This document shows positions 39,701 to 54,700 of a stretch of 64,000 nt of DNA, piece after piece (the stretch's first letter is position 1; each line of letters begins with the position of its first letter). The notes beneath the pieces are model-generated. The model saw only the letters and a list, made by a program, of their open reading frames with translations. It was not told where the DNA came from and did no database searches. This DNA comes from Balanoglossus misakiensis (lineage: Eukaryota; Animalia; Hemichordata), in assembly GCA_040954595.2 (NCBI GenBank), contig CM082577.2:11131654-11195653 (forward strand). The letters run 5' to 3'. Made by a program: the position numbers and the translations under genes.

Positions 39701-42700
39701 ATGCTATAGAAACGAGCGATTAACTACACCCAATTTCTGCGTGTCAATCATAAACCACGGTTCTGTGCTGTGTTTTAGTTTGTATGTTAATATCAATACA
39801 ACATTCCATGATAATGCTGCGAATGCTGTTTATGATTTGGTAACAATTATAGAACTAGCATACACAACGGATGACATATAATCATAAAATTCGCCAAAAA
39901 CTTGCGATCGCGAGATCAGTAAAACGACGGATAGCAAAAGCAATTTGACATGTACAGAGAGATTCAAAAACAAAAGGGCATTAATTTCATGGTTTTAACA
40001 TGGTGATAAAATGCCCTTTTCACCTGCCTATTAGATTTCATAATATGTAAATGGTATAGTTAGTTAACTCACCGCGGCGTGATGATTTCACCCGCAGACA
40101 CAACCGTGCCGCCGATACCGACCACAATGCCGTTCGACGTCATCTCAGCCATGGCGGTGGAAGTACTGTAACCCTTCACCGTTATGTAGTACGTCAGCCT
40201 ACGTGGTACAAGGTTGAGGTCATAGAATGTGTGCGATGTGTTCAGGCCAACATTCACGAAGGGGTGGACATCGTCCCTGGTTTTCGGATAGCGTCTGTCG
40301 GTTCCAACGGCCACTTCGTAGTGGTCGATGGCTTGTTGCTCCTCTAAGTTGCCCAGTGCTGTTTGGAATAAATCGGGTGTCCTTACGTTCAATTATCTTG
40401 CATTTAGAGTATCGGTGGTTTGCGCATTTCAACTTAGAGGGTAATTGTTAACTTTCCAACAGCGACTAAGATGGCCCACTCTGGGATGCAATACCGCAGC
40501 ACATGATGTTGTCCCAATTGTTTTACTACATGTAAATGCCCTAGCCAATATTTTCAGCATTTTAATTATACACAAAGACCATAGAAATCTACTTGTAATG
40601 TCATCACACCTGAACGTAGCAGAAAGTGTCAATATCACTACACAGTATGTCTGCACAATTTACTTTAATTCCTAAGCATGTCGAATCAATCACATATTAG
40701 ACCAAACCCTCCGCACTTATTACATTGTAGCTGATATGAACAGGTGTATAGAAATGTTTACAGGTTACCAATCTGATTACAACCGAGCTTTCTGAAGTCG
40801 AAATGCAAGAATAACATCATGATGCATGCCTCCAGTTAATATGGGGTTTGCCGTACCTTCTTCAGTGTACTGGGAAGAATGGACACCGAATGCGTCCCAG
40901 TTGCCAGACAAGAACTTCACGGATGCTTGGAAATTGATGTCGTACCCCATGACGTCACCATCTCGGACATGCCCGGGCAGAAGAGGTTCTTTCTGAATAG
41001 TGATGCCGTCAGAGCGGAGCGAGTAACTGTAGCCAAGCTGGTTGGTAGCGCGGACGACAATGTAGTAAGACTCGCCATCTTTCATGTCCATTGCATCGTT
41101 CACGCCATACGTCATTGCTGCAGAAATACAAGATGTCAATTCTGCTGACAGCAGTATACTTCATCTGCTTCAATCTAAAAATTACAGAGTGTGTTCCTCT
41201 CTGCGTTCATGCAAATGAGATGAGATAAGACAGGCGCAATGAAACGTTATTTTAGTCCTAAATGGACAATTTAGATTTCTCCGAGACTGGCGAGAAAACA
41301 AAAAAAAATATGATTTAAAAAAAATCCTCAGTTACAATAAAAGTGTTTTTATTGACATTTAAACAACATATGGGAAATTCAAAACCACTGTTCGAACTGA
41401 ACTGTATGTTATGTGGTATGGTCAGCCGGGTTTCTTGTGAATGATCGTTGTTCTTGCTAGCTAGCATAAACGAACACCTTCTGCTCAGAAAGATTTGGGT
41501 AGTTAAATCGATGGGTCAAAATGGACTCAACGCAAATATTTTAACACTCCTCAATTGTTTCAACTACTTCATCGACGGAAGAAAAGGGAAATGCAGTTAA
41601 TTAATTCCATGCATTTTGATACAAACTAAACCTCCGCCACAAAAACAACACGCAATAATATTTACCATCTGGGAGTACCGTCATCGGTTGGACAACAGTG
41701 CCATCAAATCGCAATATAGACCATTCATATTTCGTGATTGGACAAGGATCACCTGCAAAATTCCACTTTCCCGACAGTTGCTCAGCATTGTCTTGGAAAT
41801 CCCTGAAAGATACAAAAATCACATTCTAAGTTTGTGTACATTTTTTCACGATATGTAAATTTCTCTCACACGTTACAACTAAAACCAGGCAAGCAGTTTC
41901 AGATAAATTAAGATGCAAAAATTGACCCAAAAGAAAATATAGATATTTTTAAGAACGTTTTCAAGAAAATGGAGAAGGATATTGTTAAATATATGTATTT
42001 TTTTCTCTGGAAAAATGCTTGCTCCTGATATCGGTATAACACAATCCACAAATATATGCAAAGTTTATCTGAGGTCATACAGACTAAATTTCAAATAATC
42101 TTTTCATGACCACTAGTTTTAAACATCCATCAGACAGACAGCTACGCGGACAGACAGACAGGCAGGCAGACAGGCAGGCAGACAGACAGGCAGGCAGGCA
42201 GGCAGACAGACAGACAGACAGAAAGAGACAGACAGGCAGACAGGCAGACGGTTGACATCGACTGGGAGCTAAAAGGAGAAAGCAATGATCGCAACTATTA
42301 ATTCTTCTAATTAAGTTTAGAATGCTCACAAATCTCCTTCGTCGGTTCCGTCCCACACATAGCTACGGCCGATCGATGGCAGTCCAGCACTGACTCTACT
42401 AATAAAGACGCCATTTGAAGTCCCCGTTGCGTAAAAACCAGCAGCATTGTGTCCACGAACCGAAACGAATGCTCTGTAGACATCGTACAGATCGACATCT
42501 GTCACCAAGACCGTTAAACCGTTGGTGGTATCCACGTCGTAAAAATCCCGAATTTGTGTACCGCCCGGAGTTGTGCCAACGGCAACCTGGTACCTGCATT
42601 TTAACATGTAATAATGGAATCATCAAAATTACCACCTGTTATATGTTTTGTGGATTTTATAGCATTTGCGAAAAATGACAAAGTAAATATTCATAGATAA

Positions 42701-45700
42701 GGGGATTCTGTGGTTGGCAAATGCGGCAATGCATTGGCTATCGAGAAACTGGTCAGCTCTGTTGAATGAATGAAACAGATCCAAAATCATTCAGTGCTTC
42801 ATACAGGATGACATCAACAGGGGGAATATATCCCCCTTTGCCAGAATATTTGGGAGGATTCCACTCTGGTAAGGGGGACTGTAATACCTCCAACATGTAA
42901 TTTTAAGGGTGATTTTAACTGGTCCCCCTTGACAAATTGTTAGGGAGTACCAACATGTCAAGAGGGGGTGAATCCCCTACCCCCCCCCCCCCATCTAGAT
43001 GAATACCATCCTTATGTTGGACTTCGATTAAAAGAAAGGCATCACAGTATTTACATGTCAAGCGATCAAATTGTTCTCAAAAGTGAGCTGTTTATACTTT
43101 CACGGTCGCTACAACTTCAAGATTCTAAATGTACACAATAGCATATGGAGACAGTAGCAATTTGTTAGTTTCCGCCCTACCTTTCAATTGGACTCTCCGG
43201 ATCTTGAAATGGTTCCCACTTCACCAAAATTCGGTCAACAGCTTTCTGACAAATTGAGTCAGTCTGACGGCAACCTGGCAATTCAAGTTAAAAGAAACCC
43301 TTAAGATTCCATATTGCATGTGTAACAACGTAGTTTACATTATACCTCAACGTAAATGTAAGAAATGTTAGCGTTTTGTGCAAAAGACACACCATTATTA
43401 CTGAGCCAATGTCCCTGGATGTTTGATAATTGTAAAATCTTGTCAACGGGAAAAAATAAACGTCGGCTAGTCTGTGCTTACCCTGAGAAACGGGACATTC
43501 TGTAGTACCGGGATCGGCCATATCCTCGTCTCCGAATAAAACCTCATCAACACCAGACAGTTCCGTCACCCTTCCAGCCACGGGTGGAGTTTCGTCAACA
43601 ATGATTCTTGGCGAGTATCCCTTAGCTGTATCGCCGACGTAATTTGTGGCAGACACGGTTACATAATAGGTCTGGGGTTTCAGAGGACCATCCTTGAAAT
43701 CTAAACGTTTGGCATAGAATATAAATAGAACATTTTTAGTATGCATGGCATACATAATGATGTACAGAAACAAATATAAGTTCGGTAGTGACATTAACAT
43801 TGTTTTATACTGAAATGTTAAATTAAATGGAATTGTTTTGTGAAAAAATGACCCAGATTGCAAATATAATTGTGGGAAATGAAAAGACGCTAAAATTGAA
43901 TCGAAATACTAGTAATCTGTATACATGTAGGCCTGCTTCTTAAATTTACAATGAGCGACAATTTTGACAACACAATAAAGGCGGGAAAGCTGATCGTCTG
44001 GCAATTTTATTATGCAAATCAAGTGAATCACACACCCTTAGCGGTATATTCGTTGACAGAAGAGTCAACAACAGTATACGGGAAGATGGAGTCGTCTGCT
44101 TCAGATGTTCCGATGGCGAATTCATAGTAGTCTATCCCACTTTCTCTATCCACGAAACCCGTCCATGTACATGTCAGCTGATCGACGCTTCTAACGTGAG
44201 ATGAGCACGTGATATTTCCCGCCACTGGGGGAGTTGTGTCGATGGTAACGCCACCGCTTCGTGTCAGTTCTTCTTCTAGACCGACCTAATTTGAGAGTCA
44301 AAATGGTTATGTAACTTCAAAGGGTCAAATCACATTACAATAATTGCTTTGTGGGTAAAAGGTCGACAACTAACTGAAGTAAGAGTTTGGAGAAATGATA
44401 CGTCAACTTCATTTAAACATGGCAAAAATCGGCCATCTTTAAATTGTGTCGACCATCTGAGATTTTCATCACTCACCTAGGTAGCCCAAACCAATTTAAG
44501 GTAGCGAGAATTAGCTCACCCAACACCGTGAAGAGATGATCGTGCATTACCCTGGTGCATTACCTCAATTTTCCTACGGAATATGTATTATTTCAGCGTG
44601 AATATAAGACAAACTAGGATTTTATAAACCAACCTCATTTATTGTCCTTAAAGTCAGTATATTGGGCCTACTGGGATCTGGATTTACGAATGTGCTTGGT
44701 ATGCTGTCAATATTCGTGGTTTCTGTGCAGTTCATGATGTCTGAACCGCCCGGGAAACTTCCGAAACAGAATTCAGTGTACACGATGCTGCTTTCTTCTT
44801 CATCGATCGTCCATGACGCAGACAGCGCATCGGTGGTTTTCTGAGAAAAGGCAATCACGGAAACCAAGTCAATGCACCACGCGTCACGCTTATCCATTTA
44901 CAACGCACAATTCTACAGACTATATGTAGGTCAAGTAAAGCCAGAATGAGGAGGGCATGCATGCTATTTGCTCAATAAAAATATGATCGTTGCAAACGGA
45001 AATATTACCTGATAGACATTGAAATCGTTGCTGGAGTGTGCCGTTTCATTGTCAGCAGTTACGCCAACACTGTTGATGTGAATTGATGGCGATGTGGTGT
45101 CTAGCGTGAACCCATCCGACACTGCTTCCAGTGCGTTGCCTTCGCCTGTGATCGCCCTTACAGTAGTATAGTACGTGGCGCCCGATTCAAGGGGCAGTAA
45201 GGACTGCGCCTGTCCCGAACCATGCAAGCCTGTGGCGGATATGATAGAAAACAAGCCTGATCATACATGTATATCGAAATCCCTTTTGTGTATAAAATCA
45301 AGACGAGTGTCGAACGCCGAACTTCCAATTCGTGACCCGAAACACACAGGACATCATTGCTTGTTCCACTGCCTATAGCATCCAGGGAAGCATAAATAAT
45401 GTGTTGACAAGGAAAGTGCTGAGAATTTCACCTTACTTCAGGCATTCGAAAAAAAAATCAATTTTACAATATGAGAAGTGATTCATACTGCACCCCAAAT
45501 CACAGGTACAATCGAAGCAACTTTAAGGTAATTTCCGATATTTTTTAACGAAGTCTTTCTTTTTCAGATTGGCTATACATGTCTACATTATAGCTTACCG
45601 CCGCCTTCTATTCCTTGTTCATTGGAAATGATGATACCAGAGCTTATATAAGGCTGGACGTCATCCAGTAGTGGTGAACTCCCAACTGCCCATTCATAGT

Positions 45701-48700
45701 GGACAATGCCGTGACGTATGCTTTCAAAGCCAAAGAACTTTGAAGTTACCGTTCCACTTTCTTTTTGGTAATCAACATCGAGATGAACAGCGTCACCCTC
45801 ATTGGCCACATCTTCCGGACCATCAATCACCAAGCCCACTTTGTCACCCGGAACTATTTTGATAGGGCTACAAATTGATTCAAGGGGGATAGATTCTCAT
45901 TATTGTTGTACATGTAGTAGCACTGCACAAAGCAGTTGTTTTTACACTTCAACCATATATTATGAACACCATAAACAGTTCAAGACAAGACAAGGCAAGT
46001 CAAGACAACACAACACAACACAACACAACACAACACAACACAACACAACACAACACAACACAACACAACACAACACAACACAACACAACACAACACAACA
46101 CAACACAACACAACACAACACAACACAACACAATGTTGGCGGTAAACCCGTCGAATTTCAATTAAGCACTGATTGTACATAGCAGCACCTTATTGTCTAT
46201 TCAGTGTTCCTATAGGAAGTAACTACGGACTATTTTTGAAAACCTACCTTGAGGTCATCACTTCGGACATTGTGCCTGCGCCATTTTGGGCTTTCACTGA
46301 CACGTAATATACCTGGAATATTTCCAAGACAAGGCCGCCGAGATAACCGCCATCCGCCGAACCCATGTCGGTAAAGGGCAACACATCCGTATATCCTGTA
46401 ATGAATGATCATTATTTCAATCGTGGAATGAAATAAGACACATACGTTATCGAACTATACAACTTTCTTTTAATATTCGCCTAATTTCTCGCACTTTGGT
46501 GATTGTATATCAAATGATTTTGTCTTCAATGAGTGAAAAGTGGACTTTGAGACTAAAAAGTTTATAATTTTCAAAAACAAGAAACAGCACAACAAAACAT
46601 TGAGCAAATTACTAATCATACTTGGTTGTGTGCCAACAGCTACATAGTACGTGTCGATTCCACTTTCAAAATCGGTAGCCACCCAGTAAGCCTTTAATCC
46701 TTCTGTGTCAGTTTCGAGGACAAAGCCATCAATTACTTCTTCGTCGCCTGCGGCCAATATACCAATCACAATACGACGCATCTGTGAAGTTAAACGATAA
46801 CGTGCAAATAACATTTAGCGACAAAAATGATAAAATAGTAAACACCAGCTACATTTACACACAAATTGTCAAATAGGTTTGTAAAAATGATTTCGTTTCT
46901 TGCCTGGGGAGGTGACGGGTCCACGATGACTCCGCTCGTGTCTTGGACATTGGTCAGTCCTGCACCGTTGATGGCAGAAACGCGTATGCTATAATGACCT
47001 CCTTCTTTCAGTTTTGCCAAATTCGGCGACACCCACATTGTTGAAGAACCCGAGATAATCTCAAAGGGGTTTCTAACGAGAGAAGACGTTATGTACAGTG
47101 ACGACAGTAGAATGTGTAACAATAGTATAGACATAGGATAACAGACGATACTCAAAGTTAAGAATTATAGAATAGCAACACGAAGAAGCATGCAATCTAG
47201 GAAAGCATACCACATGTACATGTATAGCTGACAAATTATCGCTGGGTTTCTGGTGTACAAACGTCGATGTTAATGTTAATAGGCCTTTTCTTTGCAGGAT
47301 TGCTTTATGTTCACCGGTGCTGTTGTATTCTAACACGCGTATATACCGTAAGACACTGTGTGGTTTCCTGCCCATTCATTGGTGTCCCTACAGACCAAAC
47401 TTAAACTGTGGCTCCTAGCCGGCCCTTCACTCTACATTGTCTGTCGAGTGCGCTATACTGCGGTAAAGTTGGGCGAGGCCAATAAGCCCTAAGAGTGAAT
47501 ATTTGACAAATCTACTCCAACGACACTTACCCGACAGGGAATACACGTTTTCTTGTACCGCCAAACGTTTCATATATACTCAGCTTATAGTGATCTACGC
47601 CCGATTCGTCATCTTCAAAATCCCAATTAGCTGACAACTGATGGATACTCGCCTTCGATGAAGAGTGACACAACACCCAGATTATTAAAAACTAGTTTTT
47701 TTCCGTAGAGTTAACACAGAGATTGGAGGCCATTTTGAATTTCAACTTTGGGATAGTTTTCTTTTCCCAATTCAAAAATATGCACGTACGGTGGCCAAAT
47801 CGACTTCAAGAGAGAATAATTAAAAGTTGCCTTGAGCAAAATTTAACCAAATATTTAAGACTTTTTCTGACAAAAAGTTTTTTGGCTTTAAAAATTATAA
47901 ATGAAATGGTGTGACTTACAGTGAATCTCGTGTCGATTCCCGCCGTGCTCCCATCACCAACAAAGTACACGACGGGTTCTGTCAGATCGACGGTGTACCC
48001 ATTCGACGAAAGCGCCGTCCCGCTGAGGGCGTTGTTCACCGCTTCTAAGGCAACCTGCACATAGTCGCCATGGTGGAGATGGAAGTGATGCCAGTTTATG
48101 TAGTTTGAGTCTGCGGACACCGTTTCTGCTTGGTGGATTATTTGTAGCGGATATGACATGCCACCTGTAGGAGACGAAGATTAAAATAATTTCCAAGAAT
48201 AGGTGGTCTATAAAGGCGGTATGCACCTCGACAATCTAAGTCTGGAATGATTCTCATATTTTGTTCACGGCTACTCTAGATTATTCTCTATTAGAATAAC
48301 GAATGCATCTGGGGGTATCATTCAACGTTTTGAATTAAAGAGCAACATTTTATCTCAAATTATTTGAAATTCAAATTGGCCACTAAAATATTGGTTACCT
48401 GTATAGGGAAAAATTAATGCTGTGAATTCTATGGAAACATAAGATTATCAACACCCTATTTTCTTGTTTGTTTTCAAACTGTCTCCTTAAAAATTCTCAA
48501 ACTTGGCAAATAAATAGCATATTGAGAGATTGTTAGTTTTATTCGTCTCCGAGCTACATACTACTGACATGGCATCAATCTGACTTTGGTAAGAATGTAC
48601 GATTCACACCTTGCCTATAGGACCATTCACGAGTGCGGCCTGATCAATAAATATAATTTGAGTTACAGTAATCCTAGCTGCAACATACGTATACACAATA

Positions 48701-51700
48701 GCCAAGAGAAGTCACATTATAACATATTTCTGCCGTAAGTCCCAATACCTTTATCTGCATGTTTTCTCCACACGGCAACCTTGTATTCTTTGATTGACGA
48801 TTCCGGGTCGTAGAAGCCGCCCCAGTTCGCCGCAACCGTAGCAGATTCCGAAGCGTAGACCACGTCGTCTGTTGAATCCAAGCCATCTTTTATCCAGCCT
48901 TCTTCCGGTGGCGTCGCATCATAAAGAACTATAAATGTAGTCGAATTATTGGATATAATTTAGTTTCCTTGCAAAAAAAAGTTGAGTTTGGGGCTTTAAC
49001 ACATCACATATACCAGAAACAACCATACCAGTCTGATTGACACACCCATGATGTTGCGTAGGGCTTCTGTTGTAAAGAAAGTGTTTCCAATTTCCCTCAT
49101 CCCATTCTACATGGAGCTTGAAACAGACGCATACTGTGTGGAACCCTCTTTGTGTACTTACCACCGTCTGTTGTAACATTGGTTTGAAGGTTCTTGTGGC
49201 CGGCGTTCACAGCGATGAGGGTGGAATAGTAAGTGACATCGTGAACGAGGGTGACGTCATTGCTGCATGCCCTGTACTCCGAATGGCTCAGTTCCATGCT
49301 GGGTATCGTGTCATTGCCACCGGGCGAGGTTCCGACAAACCAGATGTACTTCTCTGCGGAGAGTAGAAGAAAATTCACGGATGAGTAGTTGCCTATCAGT
49401 TCTATCACTGGTCTGCACACTGCAGCAAATACTTATACATACTTAATATTGTGTTTTTAAAAGAAAAATTACAATTAGTGTAAAACCGAAGCAAAATTAA
49501 TGAACTTACCGATGCTACTCTCTTGATCGTAGAAGTTATGCCAGCTAACACAGATCTCATCATCGAAGGATTGGTAGTCGATGTCGTGATCATGCACTGT
49601 GCCGTCGAATACTTCACCGGCAACCGGGGTACTTGTGTCGACCACCAGCGGCGAAGGGGCGTAGCCAACCGCTCTGATATCGACTGTGATCGAGAAGTAA
49701 AAATATATTTTGTGCTACTATTGCTCGCCAAGTCTGACGATTTCCCCATGAACGACATATCTGGTTGCATTATTATTGAACTTGATATTTACAGAATCTT
49801 ACCGTTATTGATGGCCCTGACTTTAATCCACGCGGGCACTCCATCAGGAATGCAGAACGGAAGTGCAATGTGCGAGATGTTGCTCTCTTTTTCCCAGTCC
49901 ATGATGTATACGTCACGGGGACTTTGACCAAGACCGAAATCAATCTCCCGGATGTGAGACAAGTCATCACTGTAGGAAAAGGACAATCAGATAACAAATC
50001 TGTGCAAGATTTAATGTACTAGAGTATTATATGCTTCGATATTGACCTAGTTCTGTGTTCGATACAATTTTTGCCTTCCAGTTGCATCACGGTGGCCAAT
50101 ATAACGCTTTTAGGACATGTTTTGATGCAATGGGTTTCGGTTTTGCTAACTCCATCATATACATGTAGTTTTAATAAAATCAACATTGATGTGGAGAGAT
50201 ATTGCATTCATGCAATAGCAACAACAACTTGACAAATACAAACGTTTAAGTACAAAATAACGCCAGCCCACCCCACTCCCACCCCCAAAAAACAAGCGAA
50301 CCGCAATTCTTACCTGACATTATATTCCGTGCGAATGGTGCAATCACTCTCGTCATACTGCACATTGAATACTTCGTGCACAAATGGAGGGGTGTTGTCA
50401 ATTGTGTAAGGGGTGGTGTGACACACCGTGGTTACCATTGGTCCGCCAAACTCAACTTTGTTAATGGCTCGCACTGTGACGTAATATCTTCCATCTGTGA
50501 AGGCGAAAAAGAACATGAAGGGTTAGCATAGGCGTGAACTCGGTCAGAGCGCCTTTACTGCCATAACGAACAGCCGCCAAGTCAAAGGCGGTGGAATTTA
50601 AATGATGCCACATTGCACGAGAACAAAGCACTCAGTACCGAACCTAACGGGATTCAATTTGTCATGATCACGTGCTGACAAGAACTTGCAATTTTTAGAT
50701 ACGGTATGGACTCATCGCACATATCGAAATTTTGCCCCGTTCATCCAGGTTCAAATACCGTATTTATTACAAATGAGGAGCTGGCACATCTAAGAAAACA
50801 ATCTTTATGCAAATTGGATTAATAATTACCTGATAGATATCGCACGGGCAGTGGGTGAGCCAGCCCGGTATGTGTCCATTCGCTCTCATCGAAGAGGAAG
50901 GCGTGTGGATCTCTGTGCGGTTGGATGTCGTCAAGGCATTGGTCTGTTCCAACAGTCCACGTGTAACCATAGATACCGGTCTCGTCATCATGGAACCCGT
51001 CCCAATTTGCTGTTCGAATTTATGGACAAGACATTTTATCCGACCAACACGTTGACGACACAGCGAACAACAAGTCGAAAACTCAGTGAGGTTTCACCGA
51101 TAGATGTTCTATGCATTAAAGCCAGTTCATTGGATAACTCCAAGCAAAGGCCAAAAACTGCGTGTCGGGAGTTTGAGCTGCAAAATCTGAAAATTATGTA
51201 CAAATACCTGATACATATGTGTTGGCTCTTGTGTACAGCAGATCCTGGAGAGGTTCGTGTCCATTAAAGACTGTTTTCGAGCCAGGGCCGTCCACAATGA
51301 ATCTTTGAGAAAAACGATAATACAGTCTCAGTTAAGTGACGACCCAAAGTCTTCACTTACCTGGAGTTGTACCGGATAAAAGTCAGGCATAATGGATATT
51401 TCCATCAAGGGACCAATGTTGCTTCATTTCAAGCAATGTAACTTGTCTATGATGTCAAGAAATTAAATTTTACCTATGATTATTAAGCGATGTTTGTTCT
51501 GTACATCTGCCATGCCATTTATCTGGTAGAAGGTCCTCACATGATTCATGATATGTTTGGTCGTAGGGGGCGCTCTTGATTATGCCCGGACTCGGCGGAG
51601 TGAAGTCTGCTACAACAGGCTGAGATGTCATCACGTTTTCGTATCCTGTAACAATGGTCAGTTATACGTCAGAATACTTAGAGAAAAGAAACTGGTTCAT

Positions 51701-54700
51701 ATACTTTGCTAATTGGATCTTTGGATCATGGCTGCCGCATTGGCTTGAAAAAAAATGAAACAAGAACACCATTCGGAGTGCCATTTCCAAGCTCAAGCTT
51801 ACCGAGAACGTTGGTGACGAGAAGATTGAAGTAGTGTGTGTCGCCATGACGAAGTTGAAGGTTGTCGTGATCGAACTGTACTGTGTGTCCAATGCCAAGT
51901 CTTTCGAAGTAATGGAACTTGCCCGACTGAAATGAAAGCAATTATTACCGAGAATCACCTGATCTGCATTCATATTTGAACTATCTGCACTATACAGTGG
52001 TTAGAACAACCGTATCCAACTTCCACGCTTTCAGAGAAGTTGCTGTGTCTTACCATATAACACACATTTTGTTGGAGAAACATGACTGATCAATGTTTTA
52101 AACACAGCTCGAGACTAAAGTGTATCCATGTCTCATAGAAACTAAATTATTTTACCTCATGAAGTTCGATCCCATTGCCTTCGATTTGCTGCAGGGGTTC
52201 ACACTGACCACTGCCTCCGTAATCGTAGTTGAAGCTAACGCACTGGGATGTTGGTAACTTCAGGCAATGTTTTGCGCAGGCGTCAACCGACGAAAACGCT
52301 TCAACTGCTCCGGGAGCCGCGTTGAGCCTCCCCCTTCGACCGGATGTGAAACTTCCCATGCTAGAAGATTTGGTCTCTACCGTTGTCGAATAATGAATGT
52401 CACTCCAGGGCACTAGTTGGTCGCCTTGGATACCAATTCCAAACCCGACAGCCCCCTGTAGCATTCATATGATATTGTGAACAAATCACGAAAAAAAACT
52501 CATTTATTCTATTAGCAATTATATGACTCAAACGTGAGGTACATGTATTTCTGTCTGCATGGCCAGTCCTTTTCGCGGGAAATCATGCTTAACATTCAGT
52601 ATATGGTTTACATACCCGTTTACTGATAAGCTCACTGTCATCATAGGCAACTGCCGATGCTCGGAGTATATCTGGCCGGCTTGTCGAAATGAACTCGGGT
52701 AAAATCCTTCCTCCGGGCAGCGTTACATCATAGGTGGGCAGAGAACAAGTTGCCAATGACTCTTCGCGAGCCGAGTTGATTGCTTTGACGGTGAAGTGTA
52801 CTGGAATCCCACCAGGCAAGACCTGAGCAATACGAAGACGATAGCGTTAAAGGGACGTTCTCTGTATCTTTTGGCTTTATTTCCAGTATAATAGGGTTCT
52901 GTGTATCAAGTGCAATTTTTTGCTGTACTCCAAACATCATGCTAATATACCCAGTACTCTGGTTGTCAACATAACCTTTATGTGTGTAATGTTGGCAAAT
53001 AAATTTTAGTCCGGACTTGAACACAAAGGACTGAAGCTCAGCGAATAGTTACAGCTAATGGAGCTTTAAATGCATTCATTCGATACTTGCATTACTTGCC
53101 CTGAATTGTAGGAAATGTCTATGTTCATGACCGCATGTTTGATTTAATTGATTTTTTAAAGAATTCTTATGACGTACTTAGACCGTCACGGCTACAGGTC
53201 TGAACTGAAATGTTGACCCGAAGGTCATGTTATTTGTTGTGATAAATGATTCAGTTTTATCACAATTCCACATAAAATGCAAATCAACGTCCCTCTTAAT
53301 ATTTGTTTCACACAGTGAGTGCGTTGTATGCCATTGACTATATGAGTATCCCACCTCCGCTACAACTATTGAGGATCCCCGCATAGACTGATCCTTCAGG
53401 ATATCACAGCCGCTCTTGTAGGTCCCCACGCAAAACGTCAACTCGACTTCACTTTTGTCGTCGTCAACAGCCACGGATAGCTGAAATGCTGGCTCTACGT
53501 AGTCCCGTCCTGCAACTTGACTCACTTCACAGTCAGTCGAAGGTGGCGAAGATCGTTTTGAACCATGCAGCGCCTCCAGTTCCAACTGTAAGGGTGGTAA
53601 TTTGATTAATATGCACGTCGGCATATACCGTAGTTTGCCGGGTAAGAGCCCCGGGTGCTGGGCCAACAGATTAGCGAAAAAACAGGGGGGGGCTTTAGCC
53701 CGGATATGGCCTCGAGATTTATGCAAATGAGGGATGGCCACCTCGACTTTTATGCAAATTTTTGAGTGGTTCATTCTCCGAGTCCAAGTCGGGATCTTCC
53801 AATGTTGGGTGTTTCGCGTCGAGGACGGACTGAAGCAGCTCCACGCGGCCGCTTTGGAAAGCTCCCCGGTGACCTCACACGCGGCAGCGCGTCCATCTAC
53901 GTGATCGTTGAATTCGACGCACGGTCCCGAGGGACCTGTCTGAGGTCATGTTTTCTAGAGCGGCTATATATAACTCAGCGTGGCCAGTCGGCCGCGGTGG
54001 GTACGATAATCAGCGCGAAAGTAAATCATCATACATTTTTTTTCACTTTTAGTGACTTTGGGGATGAAAATCCGCCTTTTTTGCATTGCACTTTATTAAA
54101 TTTCCAAGAATTTAATGGATATTCGGCCGGGGGGGGGGGGGGGGGGGGGGGGGGCTTTAGACCGGATATGGCCTCGATCTACAAATGGGCCCTAAAACCA
54201 GGGGGGGCGTTTGTCCGAGCAGGGGCTCTTACCCGGCAAACTACGGTATGTGAACAATATAATTAATTAAACCTAACTGAGATAACTGATCCACACAAAC
54301 ATATTATCAGCCTCTGACTGTAGTTGTACGTGAGAAAATTAACACATTAAAGAATAAACGGGTGCCACACGCGTTTATTCAACCACCCATTCTGAGAGTA
54401 CACAGCCATAATTATGCGCATAATCTGTCGACCAAGGATAAGGAGAAGATTGAAGTATTCTATCAATTGAAACAGCCTACAGTGGGGTTGTTATGGCTTT
54501 AAAGAAAGGGAAAGTTTCTATGACAGCATCTCCATGCGTTTGAACCAAATATTCAAACTCATCAGTCATTATCATATACATGTAATAGCTTATTCGAAAT
54601 CATTACATAATCATGCGCTGGAACATTACTAGCACACATTGATTAAATTCTTCTACTGAAGTGTGGTTTTCACCTCTTGCAGTCCATATTTCCGGAAAGT

